DNA of 64,000 nt, from contig JAVYWL010000001.1 in NCBI GenBank assembly GCA_038727135.1, forward strand, positions 320,001-384,000, written 5' to 3'. Shown one piece after another: positions 19,214 through 29,650 of the stretch. A model generated the notes under the pieces. That model searched no databases, was not told the origin of the DNA, and saw only the letters and a list, made by a program, of their open reading frames with translations. Both the position numbers and the translations under genes were made by a program. Within the stretch, counting starts at the first letter, position 1; the number at the start of each line of letters is the position of its first letter. Origin of the DNA: Candidatus Bathyarchaeia archaeon (lineage in GTDB: Archaea; Thermoproteota; Bathyarchaeia; Bathyarchaeales; Bathycorpusculaceae).

Positions 19214-19942
19214 CTATATTAACGGTGGTGGAGGTGGTGGGGGCGGAGGCAGTGGAATCGGTTGCCTTAAAGACAAATAGAAGTATACGGATGCCACCGT
19301 GAAAATAACATTAACTATCCACATTACTATTGGTCCAATGTAGACGCCCACAACCGGAATCAGCGTAAAGACAACACCAAAAATTATTGAAACTACAGCG
19401 ACTATGATTATGAAGATGATGACTTCACCTAAGTTTTTAATAACGAAATCAGCGGCGTGTTTTGTGCTTTGTATGGCGTCTGTCCCCTCTATTATGGCAA
19501 TGGTAATTATGAACAACGCCACGGGGATCAAGACAAAGGTTATGAAGCATATTGCTGAAATTATTGCTGCCAAAATTAATGTGCCAAATCTGCTAATGAC
19601 AAGGTTCAGACTCTTATCCAAATTCATTTGGCGTCCGTTTATAACATCATTGGCCATATCAACAATTACACAGCTGGCAATAAACCCGACTATGGATGCA
19701 ACGAAATAGCCTCCCCATAAAAGCCACACGTTTGGAACCGCCACTTCAGAGTAAGTGTAATATGGAGGATATGGTGCCCAATTGTAAACGCGATATCTTG
19801 CTGGAAAGACAACACAAGCCAAAATTACAAAGAGTAAATGAATTACCAAAGGGGCGAGCGCTGGGATGAAAAGACCCGGATTCCTTGTTATGATATCTAG
19901 GCCTTTTGAGATTGATTCTGTGGATTTTGACGAAGATGACAT
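19214..19942 (-). CDS. Hypothetical multi-pass membrane protein with a poly-Pro tail
   Basis: About 5-6 TMs; ends PIPLPPPPPPPPPLI. Confidence 0.75.
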   Translation of the reverse strand: MSSSSKSTESISKGLDIITRNPGLFIPALAPLVIHLLFVILACVVFPARYRVYNWAPYPPYYTYSEVAVPNVWLLWGGYFVASIVGFIASCVIVDMANDVINGRQMNLDKSLNLVISRFGTLILAAIISAICFITFVLIPVALFIITIAIIEGTDAIQSTKHAADFVIKNLGEVIIFIIIVAVVSIIFGVVFTLIPVVGVYIGPIVMWIVNVIFTVASVYFYLSLRQPIPLPPPPPPPPPLI

Positions 19943-20043
19943 TCTAAATCCCTCATTATTGCGTTCCATGTTGTCCGGGTTGCTTTATTAGCTTTATCCA
20001 ACTTATGAAAGCCCGATAAAAAAATGGTCTCGTACTTTTTATG

Positions 20044-21159
20044 TTACAAGAAATTATTAGTTATATTTTGTTTGGTTGTTGATCTTGCCTTTGCCCAGAT
20101 GCTGCATGTTCCTTCTATGCTTACCATGCATGCACCCATAGGTTTCTGCGGAGTGCAAGCCTCCATGAATAATGGGCATTCTGTGGGCTTAATCTTGCCT
20201 ATCATTACAAGATGGCATTGGCATCCTGGCAATAGGTCCCTTCCACGGCTAATTTTTACTCCGAACTTCTTCCGTGCATCGTATACGCCATGTTCCTCCC
20301 TCAGTTTAAATGCTGATAATGGAAGTTTTCCTAAACCGCGCCACTCCCCGTCAACAATTTTGAATGCTTTATGCATTAGTTCTTGTGCCTTAGTATTGCC
20401 TTCCCAGCTTACAGCTCTAACATACTCGTTTTCTAACCGAGCTGCACCATCTTTGACTTGTCTTAAGACCATGTAAATGGCGAACAGAACATCTAATGGT
20501 TCAAATCCAGCCACAACGGTTGGCATACGGTAGGCTTTTGGAAACATTTCATATGCTTTCAAGCCTACGATAGTGCTTACGTGTCCAGGGGCGATGAAGC
20601 CGTCTATGTGAAGGTCTCCTATTCCAAGGAGAAGCTCCATTGCCGGTGGAATCAAACGGTGAGAAACCAGAAAGCTTAGGTTTTTTGGCGGCTTTTTCAG
20701 GATTTCTATGGCTGTTGATGGGGCTGTTGTTTCAAAGCCTATGGCGAAGAAGGCGAACTCTTTATCCGGCTCTTTTTCAGCCATAGTAACGGCGTCTAAT
20801 AGGCTGTAAACAACTCGGACATCGGCGCCTTCAGCTTTAGCATCCAACAACGATTTTTCAGAGCCCGGCACGCGGAGGACGTCCCCAAAGCATGTGACGA
20901 CAACACCTTTTAGGGCAAGCTGTATAGCCTCATCAATTTCAGAGGCTGGTGTGACGCATACTGGGCATCCTGGTCCGGCTATAACCTCAACATTTTGTGG
21001 TAGGAGGCTTCTCAGCCCAAAATGGGTTATTGTCCACTCATGGGTGCCGCACACATGGCATATTTTTACAATGTCACGTTTAGGGGCGATTTCATGGATT
21101 TTTTCAACAACACGCTTCGCTAATTCTGGGTCTCTAAGTTTTTTAAAATTCTCAAACAT
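20044..21159 (-). CDS. hypD: Hydrogenase maturation protein HypD
   Basis: CGTH, GPGCPVC, GFETT, PGHVS, CMVS.EG.C. Confidence 0.98.
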   Translation of the reverse strand: MFENFKKLRDPELAKRVVEKIHEIAPKRDIVKICHVCGTHEWTITHFGLRSLLPQNVEVIAGPGCPVCVTPASEIDEAIQLALKGVVVTCFGDVLRVPGSEKSLLDAKAEGADVRVVYSLLDAVTMAEKEPDKEFAFFAIGFETTAPSTAIEILKKPPKNLSFLVSHRLIPPAMELLLGIGDLHIDGFIAPGHVSTIVGLKAYEMFPKAYRMPTVVAGFEPLDVLFAIYMVLRQVKDGAARLENEYVRAVSWEGNTKAQELMHKAFKIVDGEWRGLGKLPLSAFKLREEHGVYDARKKFGVKISRGRDLLPGCQCHLVMIGKIKPTECPLFMEACTPQKPMGACMVSIEGTCSIWAKARSTTKQNITNNFL

Positions 21160-21165
21160 TTTGGC

Positions 21166-21411
21166 TCATCGCAAATCATTTCGTTCCAGCTTTTCTTCAA
21201 CTTTTAAAATTTCGCTCCACAAGCGTAATGTTTCTTCGGCTTCTTCTTTGCTTAGCACTTGGATGGCATACCCGGCATGGACAAGCACGTAATCATCAAC
21301 TTTCACGTTTACGAGGCTTATGTCAACCTCTTTTATCAAGCCTCCTCCAAAATCAACTTTTGCGAAATTGCCTTGAACGCTCACAACCTTTGCGGGGATA
21401 GCCAAACACAT
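21166..21411 (-). CDS. hypC: Hydrogenase chaperone HypC
   Basis: MCLAIPAKV start (ATG 21411) and YVLVHAGYAI. Confidence 0.97.
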   Translation of the reverse strand: MCLAIPAKVVSVQGNFAKVDFGGGLIKEVDISLVNVKVDDYVLVHAGYAIQVLSKEEAEETLRLWSEILKVEEKLERNDLR

Positions 21412-21459
21412 CGTCATCCGCGGAAATAGCAAAACATACGCAGATAAATTGTTTATGGC

Positions 21460-23748
21460 TTAAGAAAACGTGAAACCAGCGGCAAAAGCTTGACCGAAGG
21501 ATAAACCGCCGTCACCAGGTGGAACTGCCTCGTGGACAAGGAATTTTAAGCCAGCAACCTCAACGGTTTCCCGCATAATTTCTACGAAAATTTCGTTGCA
21601 GGCAACCCCGCCAGAAAAACCAACCGTTTTCACGCCATTTTCTAAGGCTTTTTCTATGGCTAGTTCCGCCAAGCCCTTGGCTAGGTAGGCGTGGGCTGAG
21701 AAAGCCAAATCTTGTACTGCGCATCTTCCTCTGTTTTCAAATATTTCAAGCAACAGTTCAGTAGTGTTTAGGGTATCGCCTTCAATTATCGGCTTCATTT
21801 TAAGCTTGTCTCTTCCTTTCATGGCTGTTGATTCAAGTTTCATGGCTGGCTCACCCTCATACGTTCGCTCAAAACATACGCCCAAAACAGCTGCAACGGC
21901 ATCTAAAATTCTTCCGCAACTTGTTGTCCTAACTGTGCCGTGTTCCCTTTTCAACTGCTGAAGAATTAGTTGGACCTCTTCTTTGCCGTGAGGGAAATGC
22001 TTTTCATACTGCATAAGCCAGTCTTCCACATCCACCTTTTTGTATAGGATTCCGGCAGCCATTCTAAGCGGGTAGCGGGTAGCTAAGTCTGCGCCAAGCA
22101 TGGGCTGTTTTTCAAGATGGGCCAGACGCTTGAATTCCATTGAATCTTTTAAGCCCAGTATTATTTCGCCTCCCCATGCTTCACCGTCAACGCCATATCC
22201 ATAGCCATCACAGCAAACGCCCACAATTTCGGGTATGCCATGCTCAGCCATTAATGCCGCAACATGTGCATAGTGGTGTTGGATTTGGAAAAACTGCCAG
22301 CCGTTCTCCTCAGCCAAGTCTCGCGCAAGTTTTGTTGTTGTAAATTTTGGATGCAAATCGCATGCAACGACATTCACCCTACTGTTTGTTAAACGGATCA
22401 AGTGTTTGGCAGCACTTTCCAAGAAATCCCGCGTTTCTATGTTTTCCACATCGCCAATATGCTGGGATATGAAGGCTTTGTTGCCAAGCAAAACACAAGC
22501 GGTATTGTTAAGCTCACCACCCAAAGCCAAAACACATTTTTCAGCTTTTTCCCTTAAAATCACCGGGGCCGGTGCATAACCCCTCGAACGCCTAATAAAA
22601 ACAAGTTTTTCACCGTGGACTCGCACAACGGAGTCGTCGCACCTGTGGGCTATCCGCCTATTATGAAAAAGGAAGTAGTCAACAATGTCGCCTAGCGTTT
22701 TTAGGGCCTCATCATCGTCTTTAACTATGGGTTGATTTGGCGGGTTGGCACTTGTCATAACAAAGGCTGGTTCGTCCACACCATCAAACAGCATATAATG
22801 CAACCCTGTGTAAGGAAGCATAACGCCAACATTATGCAAGCCGGGAGCGATCAAATTTGAAAGGTAGTATTTGCTGCTCTTTTTCAAAAGCACTATTGGA
22901 CGCGTATATGAAGTTAAAAGCTCGGCTTCTTTTGGGCTTACTTCGGCAAAGGAACGCACAGCTTCAAGGCTTGGCGCCATAATGGCGAAGGGCTTCTGCC
23001 TCCTATGCTTTGCCTTTCGAAGCCTTATTAAGGGCTCATCCTTCGTTGTTGCAGCCGCCACATGAAAGCCGCCATACCCTTTGATGGCAACAATAAAGCC
23101 TTCAGCAAGCAGTTTGCCCGCCTCTCTTATTGGGTCGTCGGTGGCGACTAGCTCGCCTCTGCTTGTAGTTAAGCAAACTTTTGGACCACACTTTGGGCAA
23201 GCCACAGTCTGCGCGTGGAAACGTCTATTCAACGGGTCTTTGTACTCTTTTTGACAGAAGCCGCACATGGGAAAATCCCGCATGGTTGTGTTTCCTCTGT
23301 CATAGGGAAGTCGCTCAATAATCGTGTATCTTGGACCACAGTCCGTACACGTTATAAAAAAATAGTCATATCTCGGATTGCTTCTCTCCCTCAATTCTTT
23401 TAGGCATTCATCACATATGGCTACGTCCGGCGGGATAACAGAGCCCGAAAGCTCGGACTCTTCAGAGCTTTTCTCGATTGTAAAGCTTGTATACTGGTTT
23501 TCACCTTCAAGTTTTAATGTTATAATTTCGTGAATATGCGCCAATGGCGGCTTCTTTTCCCTCAAATCCCTTAAGAAACTGTTTATGGCATTTTCTTCAC
23601 CTTCCAAAAGAATTTCAACGCCTGCATCACCCATGTTTCTAACATAGCCTTTCAAGCCATTTTTCACGGCTATGCGGTATACGAAGGGGCGGAATCCAAC
23701 CCCTTGGATTATGCCGGTAACCCTAACTTTTACTCGCACATCGTCCAT
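21460..23748 (-). CDS. hypF: Carbamoyltransferase HypF
   Basis: QGVGFRP acylphosphatase domain, two zinc fingers, KGYGGFH, QHHYAH, DG.GYG.DG..WGGE, PPGDGGLSFGQ. Confidence 0.98.
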   Translation of the reverse strand: MDDVRVKVRVTGIIQGVGFRPFVYRIAVKNGLKGYVRNMGDAGVEILLEGEENAINSFLRDLREKKPPLAHIHEIITLKLEGENQYTSFTIEKSSEESELSGSVIPPDVAICDECLKELRERSNPRYDYFFITCTDCGPRYTIIERLPYDRGNTTMRDFPMCGFCQKEYKDPLNRRFHAQTVACPKCGPKVCLTTSRGELVATDDPIREAGKLLAEGFIVAIKGYGGFHVAAATTKDEPLIRLRKAKHRRQKPFAIMAPSLEAVRSFAEVSPKEAELLTSYTRPIVLLKKSSKYYLSNLIAPGLHNVGVMLPYTGLHYMLFDGVDEPAFVMTSANPPNQPIVKDDDEALKTLGDIVDYFLFHNRRIAHRCDDSVVRVHGEKLVFIRRSRGYAPAPVILREKAEKCVLALGGELNNTACVLLGNKAFISQHIGDVENIETRDFLESAAKHLIRLTNSRVNVVACDLHPKFTTTKLARDLAEENGWQFFQIQHHYAHVAALMAEHGIPEIVGVCCDGYGYGVDGEAWGGEIILGLKDSMEFKRLAHLEKQPMLGADLATRYPLRMAAGILYKKVDVEDWLMQYEKHFPHGKEEVQLILQQLKREHGTVRTTSCGRILDAVAAVLGVCFERTYEGEPAMKLESTAMKGRDKLKMKPIIEGDTLNTTELLLEIFENRGRCAVQDLAFSAHAYLAKGLAELAIEKALENGVKTVGFSGGVACNEIFVEIMRETVEVAGLKFLVHEAVPPGDGGLSFGQAFAAGFTFS

Positions 23749-23789
23749 CTCTTGAAGTTAATTGACATTTAAGACGCTGGTTTAAAGTT

Positions 23790-24533
23790 TCACCCTTCAG
23801 ACTCCTTCCACAAATAGTTGAAATAGTCTTTTGCCAGTGCCGCCAAGCCAGGATGGTCTGACCATATAGCGCTTATTTCGCCTCTTTCATCACTGAAGAG
23901 CAGCAAAACCTCGCTGCAGTCGGATATGGCGCCGCCGCCAAACATTTTTGTTCGGCATCGAACCTCGCCGATTTTTGAAAGCATCCTATATACATTTTCG
24001 TTTAGTCCCTTTAGCATCATGAAGCGAACCTGCACCTTTTCTTCGATAAAAGAATGAAGCAACTGGTAAAAGTCCATTAAAAACTCTTCCTTGACAAATG
24101 GCAAGGCTATGAGCATTTCCTGCCTGCACTTTTTTGCCATTTCCTTAAACTTTGAAAATATGTTCAGCGCGCCTCTCAGAATCCAAACGTCATATTTCTC
24201 CTTTGTTTTAAGCTTCTCGTAAATAGGGAGTAGCTCATCAGTTATTGTTTTCTCGATTTGCAACCACTCATTTTCAAAGGCTACCTTCGCCGCTTTTAGG
24301 GCTGTTTCAGGCGATTTTGGAAAATACTTACTCGGTCTTTTTCTTTCCGATTCTATCCAGCCCTTCTTTTCGAGACTGTTTAGGACTTGGTAAACTTTGG
24401 AGTAGGGTATCTGCGCCCCGTAGCTTATCTGTTTAGCTGTCAGCGCGCCTTTCTCTAGAAGGAGCAAGTATGCGTCTGCCTCATAGTCTGTTAATCCAGC
24501 CTTTCTGAGCAATGCCCTTGTTTTCTCGCTCAT
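23790..24533 (-). CDS. TrmB-family transcriptional regulator
   Basis: GLTDYEA.AY..LL, IPYSKVY.VL.SLEKKGW, RPSKY; PLD-like C-terminal domain. Confidence 0.9.
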   Translation of the reverse strand: MSEKTRALLRKAGLTDYEADAYLLLLEKGALTAKQISYGAQIPYSKVYQVLNSLEKKGWIESERKRPSKYFPKSPETALKAAKVAFENEWLQIEKTITDELLPIYEKLKTKEKYDVWILRGALNIFSKFKEMAKKCRQEMLIALPFVKEEFLMDFYQLLHSFIEEKVQVRFMMLKGLNENVYRMLSKIGEVRCRTKMFGGGAISDCSEVLLLFSDERGEISAIWSDHPGLAALAKDYFNYLWKESEG

Positions 24534-24613
24534 GGTTTTAGAGTAATACTTTTCACCCTATTAAAATTATGGAAAATTTAATATAACCACAAGCCAAGAC
24601 CATAGACCATAAC

Positions 24614-26164
24614 ATGGCGATGGAAATGTCAAAACTGCAACAGCGAGAAGAAGAGGTAAAGTTTGAATCTTATTCAACGAGCCTATGCCCAGAGTGTCTA
24701 AACAAGGTTCCCATGAGAATTTATGAGGAAAACGGCGTAATCTATCTTGAGAAGACCTGCCCCGAGCATGGAAAGTTTGAAGATGTCTACTGGGGAGACG
24801 CTGAACTTTTCAAGTGGATTTACAGGGAATGGTATAACGCCAAATATCTTGGAAACGGTTTAGAAAACCCTCACACAAAAATTGTTAAGGGATGCCCCTA
24901 CGACTGCGGCTTATGCACACAACACAAATCCTACACGGTTCTGGGTATAATAGACGTCACAAACCGCTGCAACATGGCTTGTCCAGTCTGTTTCGCTTAT
25001 GCTGGCGCGGTCAACTATGTTTATGAACCAACATACCAGCAGATTGTGGATATGATTAAACTGCTTAGAAACAACAAGCCTTGGGCGTGTAATGCCCTCC
25101 AGTTCAGCGGAGGTGAACCAACCATAAGAAATGATCTACCACAGCTTATCGCGGAAGCTAAAAAGGCTGGGGTAGAGCATGTGGAGGTGAACACTAACGG
25201 CTTGCGCCTCGCAGAGGACATAGATTACTTCAAAAAGCTTTTAGATGCTGGCATGAGCACACTTTACCTCCAGTTTGACGGTTTAAGGGAAGAAATCTAC
25301 AAGAAAACAAGAGGAAGAACAGACCTCGTTCAAATCAAGCATAAGGTTTTGGAAAATGCCAGAAAAATAGGCTTAGACTCAATAGTTTTGGTCGTCACTC
25401 TTGCAAGAGGCGTAAACGACAAAGACCTCGGCAGCATAATACGCTATGCTGTTGAAAATCACGATGTTGTAAGATGCATTAACATTCAGCCCATTTCCAT
25501 GGCTGGAAGAGCCCGCAAAGACGAAATGCGAAAAATGCGCATAACAGTGCCAGACACCATCAAACTGATAGAGGAACAGACAAACGGAATTATCACACGT
25601 TGGGATTGGCGCCCAGTCAACTGGCCCGTCCCAATCTCCAAAGGCATGGGTGTTGTGAAAAATAGAGTTTATCCAGAGTTTACTATGCATCCCATGTGTG
25701 GGGCAGCAACATTCATTGTTGTTGAAAAAGATGGCTCCTACAAGCCTATTACGCAGTATGTGGACGTTGACCGCTTCGCCGAAATTTTCTGGAACATTTA
25801 TTATTCTGGCGTTAAGGGCAAAAAGACAATGGCGAAAATGAAAATGTTGGAACTACTGCCCCTAGTGAAGTCGCCACTTGTCAGAGGCTTGCTTAAAGAT
25901 GTTATAACTAAGGGAAGTTATGAAGCACTTGGAAGATTCATGCGGAAAATAATAATGATTGGAATAATGCACTTCATGGACGTCTGGAACTTTGACCTAG
26001 ACCGTGTTCAAAGATGTGTCATACACTATGCAACCCCTGACGGCAAGGTTAGACCCTTCTGCACATACAACAGCATACATAGGAATAGCGTGGAAAAACA
26101 GTTCGCCATCTCTGTCAGCAAGTGGACTGAAAAGTTTGGTAAGAAATTAAGCGAGCCAGTTTAG
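24614..26164 (+). CDS. tes: Tetraether lipid synthase (Tes / GDGT-MAS) radical SAM enzyme
   Basis: N-terminal CPEC...CPEHG, CPYDCGLC..H, CNMACPVC radical SAM motif, HP.CG, RC.IHYATPDG...FC.YN. Confidence 0.88.
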   Translation: MAMEMSKLQQREEEVKFESYSTSLCPECLNKVPMRIYEENGVIYLEKTCPEHGKFEDVYWGDAELFKWIYREWYNAKYLGNGLENPHTKIVKGCPYDCGLCTQHKSYTVLGIIDVTNRCNMACPVCFAYAGAVNYVYEPTYQQIVDMIKLLRNNKPWACNALQFSGGEPTIRNDLPQLIAEAKKAGVEHVEVNTNGLRLAEDIDYFKKLLDAGMSTLYLQFDGLREEIYKKTRGRTDLVQIKHKVLENARKIGLDSIVLVVTLARGVNDKDLGSIIRYAVENHDVVRCINIQPISMAGRARKDEMRKMRITVPDTIKLIEEQTNGIITRWDWRPVNWPVPISKGMGVVKNRVYPEFTMHPMCGAATFIVVEKDGSYKPITQYVDVDRFAEIFWNIYYSGVKGKKTMAKMKMLELLPLVKSPLVRGLLKDVITKGSYEALGRFMRKIIMIGIMHFMDVWNFDLDRVQRCVIHYATPDGKVRPFCTYNSIHRNSVEKQFAISVSKWTEKFGKKLSEPV

Positions 26165-26191
26165 ATAAACGCCAAAAAGAAAAAGGGAAGG

Positions 26192-27922
26192 CTAGGTTTT
26201 AGCAGCCAGTTTTTTAAGCTCCTCTTCTCGCAAGACCCTTCGGAGAACCTTGCCGACAGCGCTTAACGGAAGTTCTTTACGAATTTCCAACTCTCTAATC
26301 GCTTTGTAGGGTGCAACCTTCTCGTTCACAAATTTCATTAGCTCCTCTTCGGTAGCGGCCATCCCATCTTTTAGCACAACGAAGGCTTTTGGAATTTCAC
26401 CAGCAACTGGGTCTGGTTTACCGATTACTCCGCAGAGTTTCACGGCTGGATGCTCATATAAGACATCTTCAAGTTCTCTTGGATAGACGCTGTAGCCCTT
26501 ATACTTGATCAAGTCTTTCTTCCGGTCTGTTATATAGAAGTAGCCATCCTCGTCCATTTTTCCAATGTCTCCCGTGTAAAGCCAACCGTTTCTCAAGACT
26601 TCGGCTGTTTCCTCCGGCATTTTCCAGTAACCCTTCATCACTTGGGGACCCTTAACTATCAGTTCACCGATTTCTCCCGGTGGGAGCTCTTTTTCACCCG
26701 TTTCTATGTCAACTATTTTCGCGTCAGTGTCAGGCCACGGTATCCCTATTGAGCCTATCTTAACAGTTTTCATGGTCTTGTCAAGAGGATTAGCATGTGT
26801 TACGGGCGATGACTCTGTAAGCCCATAACCCTCAACCAAAACGCCGCCGGTAACCTCCATAAACTTCTTCTGAACTTCCGGTGGAAGTGGGGCCGCACCG
26901 GATACGCAGAATTTTATTGATGTGAGGTCGTATTTTTTGAGGTCTGGATGGGCTATGAGCATGGCATACATTGTCGGCGCGCCACAGAACACTGTCACCC
27001 GGTATTTGTGGATGGCTTCTAGGACGGCTACAGGGTCAAAGCGGGGCAGCATAACCATTGTCCCGGCGAAGAATATTGGGGCGTTCATACTTGTTGTCAT
27101 GCCGTAAATGTGGAATAACGGAAGCACCGTCAAAACGACTTCTTCGCCCTCATTGGCTTGCAGCCACTCTTTGCACATAAGAGCGTTTGAAACAAGATTC
27201 ATGTGGGTAAGCATAGCTCCTTTAGAGATACCAGTGGTTCCGCCTGTGTATTGAAGGGCGGCCAAATCCTCCCTCGGGTTTATTTCAACTTTTGGCGGTT
27301 TAGCCTCGTATTTCGCCATCAGCTCCGTAAAGAAGTAAACGTTGGCTCTGCGTTCTACCTTTTGGGACGGAATCTTTTTCAGCAGGGAACCTAAAACAGC
27401 TTTGAAGGTTGGCATGTAATCCTTTAGGCCTGCCACTACAACGTTTCGAAGCTTTGTCTTCTCCCAAACCTTCTCCACAATTGGGTAAAGCATGTCAAGA
27501 ACAACTATTGTTTCGGCTTCGGAATCGTTTAGCTGGTGTTCAACCTCCCGCTCCCTATAAAGCGGGCTTATCGCAGTGACAATTGCTCCAGCCTTCAAAG
27601 CACCATAATATGAAATTACGAACTGTGGAATGTTTGGAAGATATATGGCAACCTTGTCTCCCTTTTTCACACCTAAATCAACTAAAGCTGTTGCAAACTT
27701 GTCAGAAAGTAAATCCAGCTCCTTATAGGTCATTTTTCTGTCAAAGTAGATTATCGCAGTTTTATCCGGGTACTTTTTGGCGGAATCCCTTAAAAACTCG
27801 AAAAGGGGAACCTCAGGGTAGTCTATGTGTTTTCTAACACCTGGAGGCCAAAACTTGTACCATGGTTTTTCCGGCTTTTCAATTTTCTCCTCTGCAACCT
27901 TCTTTTTCCTTTTAGCTGGCAT
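26192..27922 (-). CDS. Long-chain fatty acid--CoA ligase
   Basis: YTGGTTGISKG, EGYGLTE, GWLYTGD, DRKKDLI, SAVGKVLRR. Confidence 0.93.
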   Translation of the reverse strand: MPAKRKKKVAEEKIEKPEKPWYKFWPPGVRKHIDYPEVPLFEFLRDSAKKYPDKTAIIYFDRKMTYKELDLLSDKFATALVDLGVKKGDKVAIYLPNIPQFVISYYGALKAGAIVTAISPLYREREVEHQLNDSEAETIVVLDMLYPIVEKVWEKTKLRNVVVAGLKDYMPTFKAVLGSLLKKIPSQKVERRANVYFFTELMAKYEAKPPKVEINPREDLAALQYTGGTTGISKGAMLTHMNLVSNALMCKEWLQANEGEEVVLTVLPLFHIYGMTTSMNAPIFFAGTMVMLPRFDPVAVLEAIHKYRVTVFCGAPTMYAMLIAHPDLKKYDLTSIKFCVSGAAPLPPEVQKKFMEVTGGVLVEGYGLTESSPVTHANPLDKTMKTVKIGSIGIPWPDTDAKIVDIETGEKELPPGEIGELIVKGPQVMKGYWKMPEETAEVLRNGWLYTGDIGKMDEDGYFYITDRKKDLIKYKGYSVYPRELEDVLYEHPAVKLCGVIGKPDPVAGEIPKAFVVLKDGMAATEEELMKFVNEKVAPYKAIRELEIRKELPLSAVGKVLRRVLREEELKKLAAKT

Positions 27923-27977
27923 ATCAAACCCTATTAAAGATATTTTCGGTTTTTGAAGTAATAATACTTTCCATGTT

Positions 27978-28409
27978 TTACTCTGGCCGAGTAAACTCGT
28001 AGGTTGGATGCCCTTCAGAGGTTAGCTTTGCCACAAGTTTAGCTTTCATCCCCACTTTAACCTCTGAAAGCTTGAATCCCGTAAGCCATGCAAGCACCCT
28101 AACGCCTTCATTAAGTCTGCCGATGGCTACAGTGTAGGGTTTTTCATGCTGGAAGGTTGTTGGCCTAACAACCACATGCGTGAAGGTCTCTATTGTTGCT
28201 TCATTGCTGAGTTCAACCCACTCCATGTCAGAGGTTAAGCAGTTTGAGCAGTCAGCAACTGGCGGGAAATACAGCTTTCCACATTTTTTGCATTTTGTAG
28301 CTAAGATTTTCCCCTGTTTAAGACCTTCCCAAAACTGAAGAGTCTTGCTTATGGGAATATCCTGTACTATTTTTACCTCTCTCGATTTTATGGAGGGCAT
28401 AGCCGCCAT
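27978..28409 (-). CDS. DUF35 Zn-ribbon/OB-fold protein (thiolase partner)
   Basis: CKKCG..YFPP..DCSNC plus OB fold; directly follows the thiolase. Confidence 0.92.
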   Translation of the reverse strand: MAAMPSIKSREVKIVQDIPISKTLQFWEGLKQGKILATKCKKCGKLYFPPVADCSNCLTSDMEWVELSNEATIETFTHVVVRPTTFQHEKPYTVAIGRLNEGVRVLAWLTGFKLSEVKVGMKAKLVAKLTSEGHPTYEFTRPE

Positions 28410-28413
28410 TTTC

Positions 28414-29586
28414 TCATCTCCTTAAAATTGTCACGTAACAATAGTGTCCGGTTCCGCCCACATTATGGGCTAAGGCGACGTAATTTTTCATCGGGACCTG
28501 TCTACTCTTTTCAACAGCTTCCTCTCTCAACTGTTTTGTCAATTCGTATATCATTGAGCACCCCGTTGTGCCAATCGGGTGCCCCTTTGCCTTTAAGCCT
28601 CCGTCGACGTTCACTGGGATTTTTCCGCCAATTTCTGTTTGTCCTTCTCTGATTAGTTTGGCGCCTTCGCCTTTTTTACAGAAGCCTAAATCCTCATACG
28701 CCATTATTTCGGCTATGGTGAAGCAGTCGTGGACCACTGCAACGTCAATCTGGTCTGGCGTCGCATTTGCCATTTTGTAGGCTTTTTGGGCTGCTGTCAC
28801 ACTGGCTTCCAATCCAACATAGTCAAGTCTTTTGCTCATGTTGGCTGTTCCAGAGGCGTATCCTATGCCCGCAACCCAAACTGGCGTATCAACTTTAAGC
28901 TCTTTAACCTTCTCTTCGGAAGCTAGGATTATTGAGGCGGCTCCATCAGTTACAGGACAGCAGTCGAAGAGTTTTAGGGGTGCGGCAATAACCATTGAAG
29001 ATAAAACGTCGTCAACTGTTATTCTGTTTTGGAGATGGGCTATCGGGTTCATGGAGGCGTACTTGTGGTTTTTAACGGCAACCAGCGCCAAATCCTCCTC
29101 TGTTGTGCCAAATCTCGCCATGTGAGCAGTTGCATATAAAGCATAATAAGCTGGAAAGGTTAAGCCGAAGTTGTGGAACTCCCATAGGTAGTATCCAGCC
29201 CTTCCAATCCACTCCATCATCGTAGGAGTGTCGATCTCCCGCATCTTTTCAACGCCTAGAGCTGCCGCAATCTCAACTTGCCCGCTTGCCACAGTCCAGT
29301 AGGCTGTTGCAAAGGCAGCGCTTCCACTTGCGCAGGCGGCTTCGCAGCGCACAAGCCCAGCCCCGGTTAAGCCACAATATTCGGCTGAAACCACGGCTGG
29401 GAGTAGCTCCTCATACCATGCTCCGGCGCCGGTTGAGCCAACAGCGACAAACTCTATGTCTTTTGGCGTTATCCCAGCATCCTCAATAGATGGCTTAAAA
29501 GCCTCAAAGGCGAGCTCCGCCACATTAACATCGTTTCTAACTCCGAACTTGGAGCTGCCAACACCAATGATTGCAACTTTCCTCAT
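28414..29586 (-). CDS. Archaeal-type acetyl-CoA acetyltransferase (thiolase)
   Basis: EAACASGS, VHDCFT, GGLKAKGHPIG.TG, HNVGG. Confidence 0.94.
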   Translation of the reverse strand: MRKVAIIGVGSSKFGVRNDVNVAELAFEAFKPSIEDAGITPKDIEFVAVGSTGAGAWYEELLPAVVSAEYCGLTGAGLVRCEAACASGSAAFATAYWTVASGQVEIAAALGVEKMREIDTPTMMEWIGRAGYYLWEFHNFGLTFPAYYALYATAHMARFGTTEEDLALVAVKNHKYASMNPIAHLQNRITVDDVLSSMVIAAPLKLFDCCPVTDGAASIILASEEKVKELKVDTPVWVAGIGYASGTANMSKRLDYVGLEASVTAAQKAYKMANATPDQIDVAVVHDCFTIAEIMAYEDLGFCKKGEGAKLIREGQTEIGGKIPVNVDGGLKAKGHPIGTTGCSMIYELTKQLREEAVEKSRQVPMKNYVALAHNVGGTGHYCYVTILRR

Positions 29587-29650
29587 TTGACCACTCTTCT
29601 ATTGGACTTCAAATTTGGAACAATTAAAAATGTGGGAAATGGTGGGATGC

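Noticed and set aside
18650-19255. CCG/GGT-rich short repeats
   Set aside because: Explained by poly-proline codons; not a DNA repeat element.
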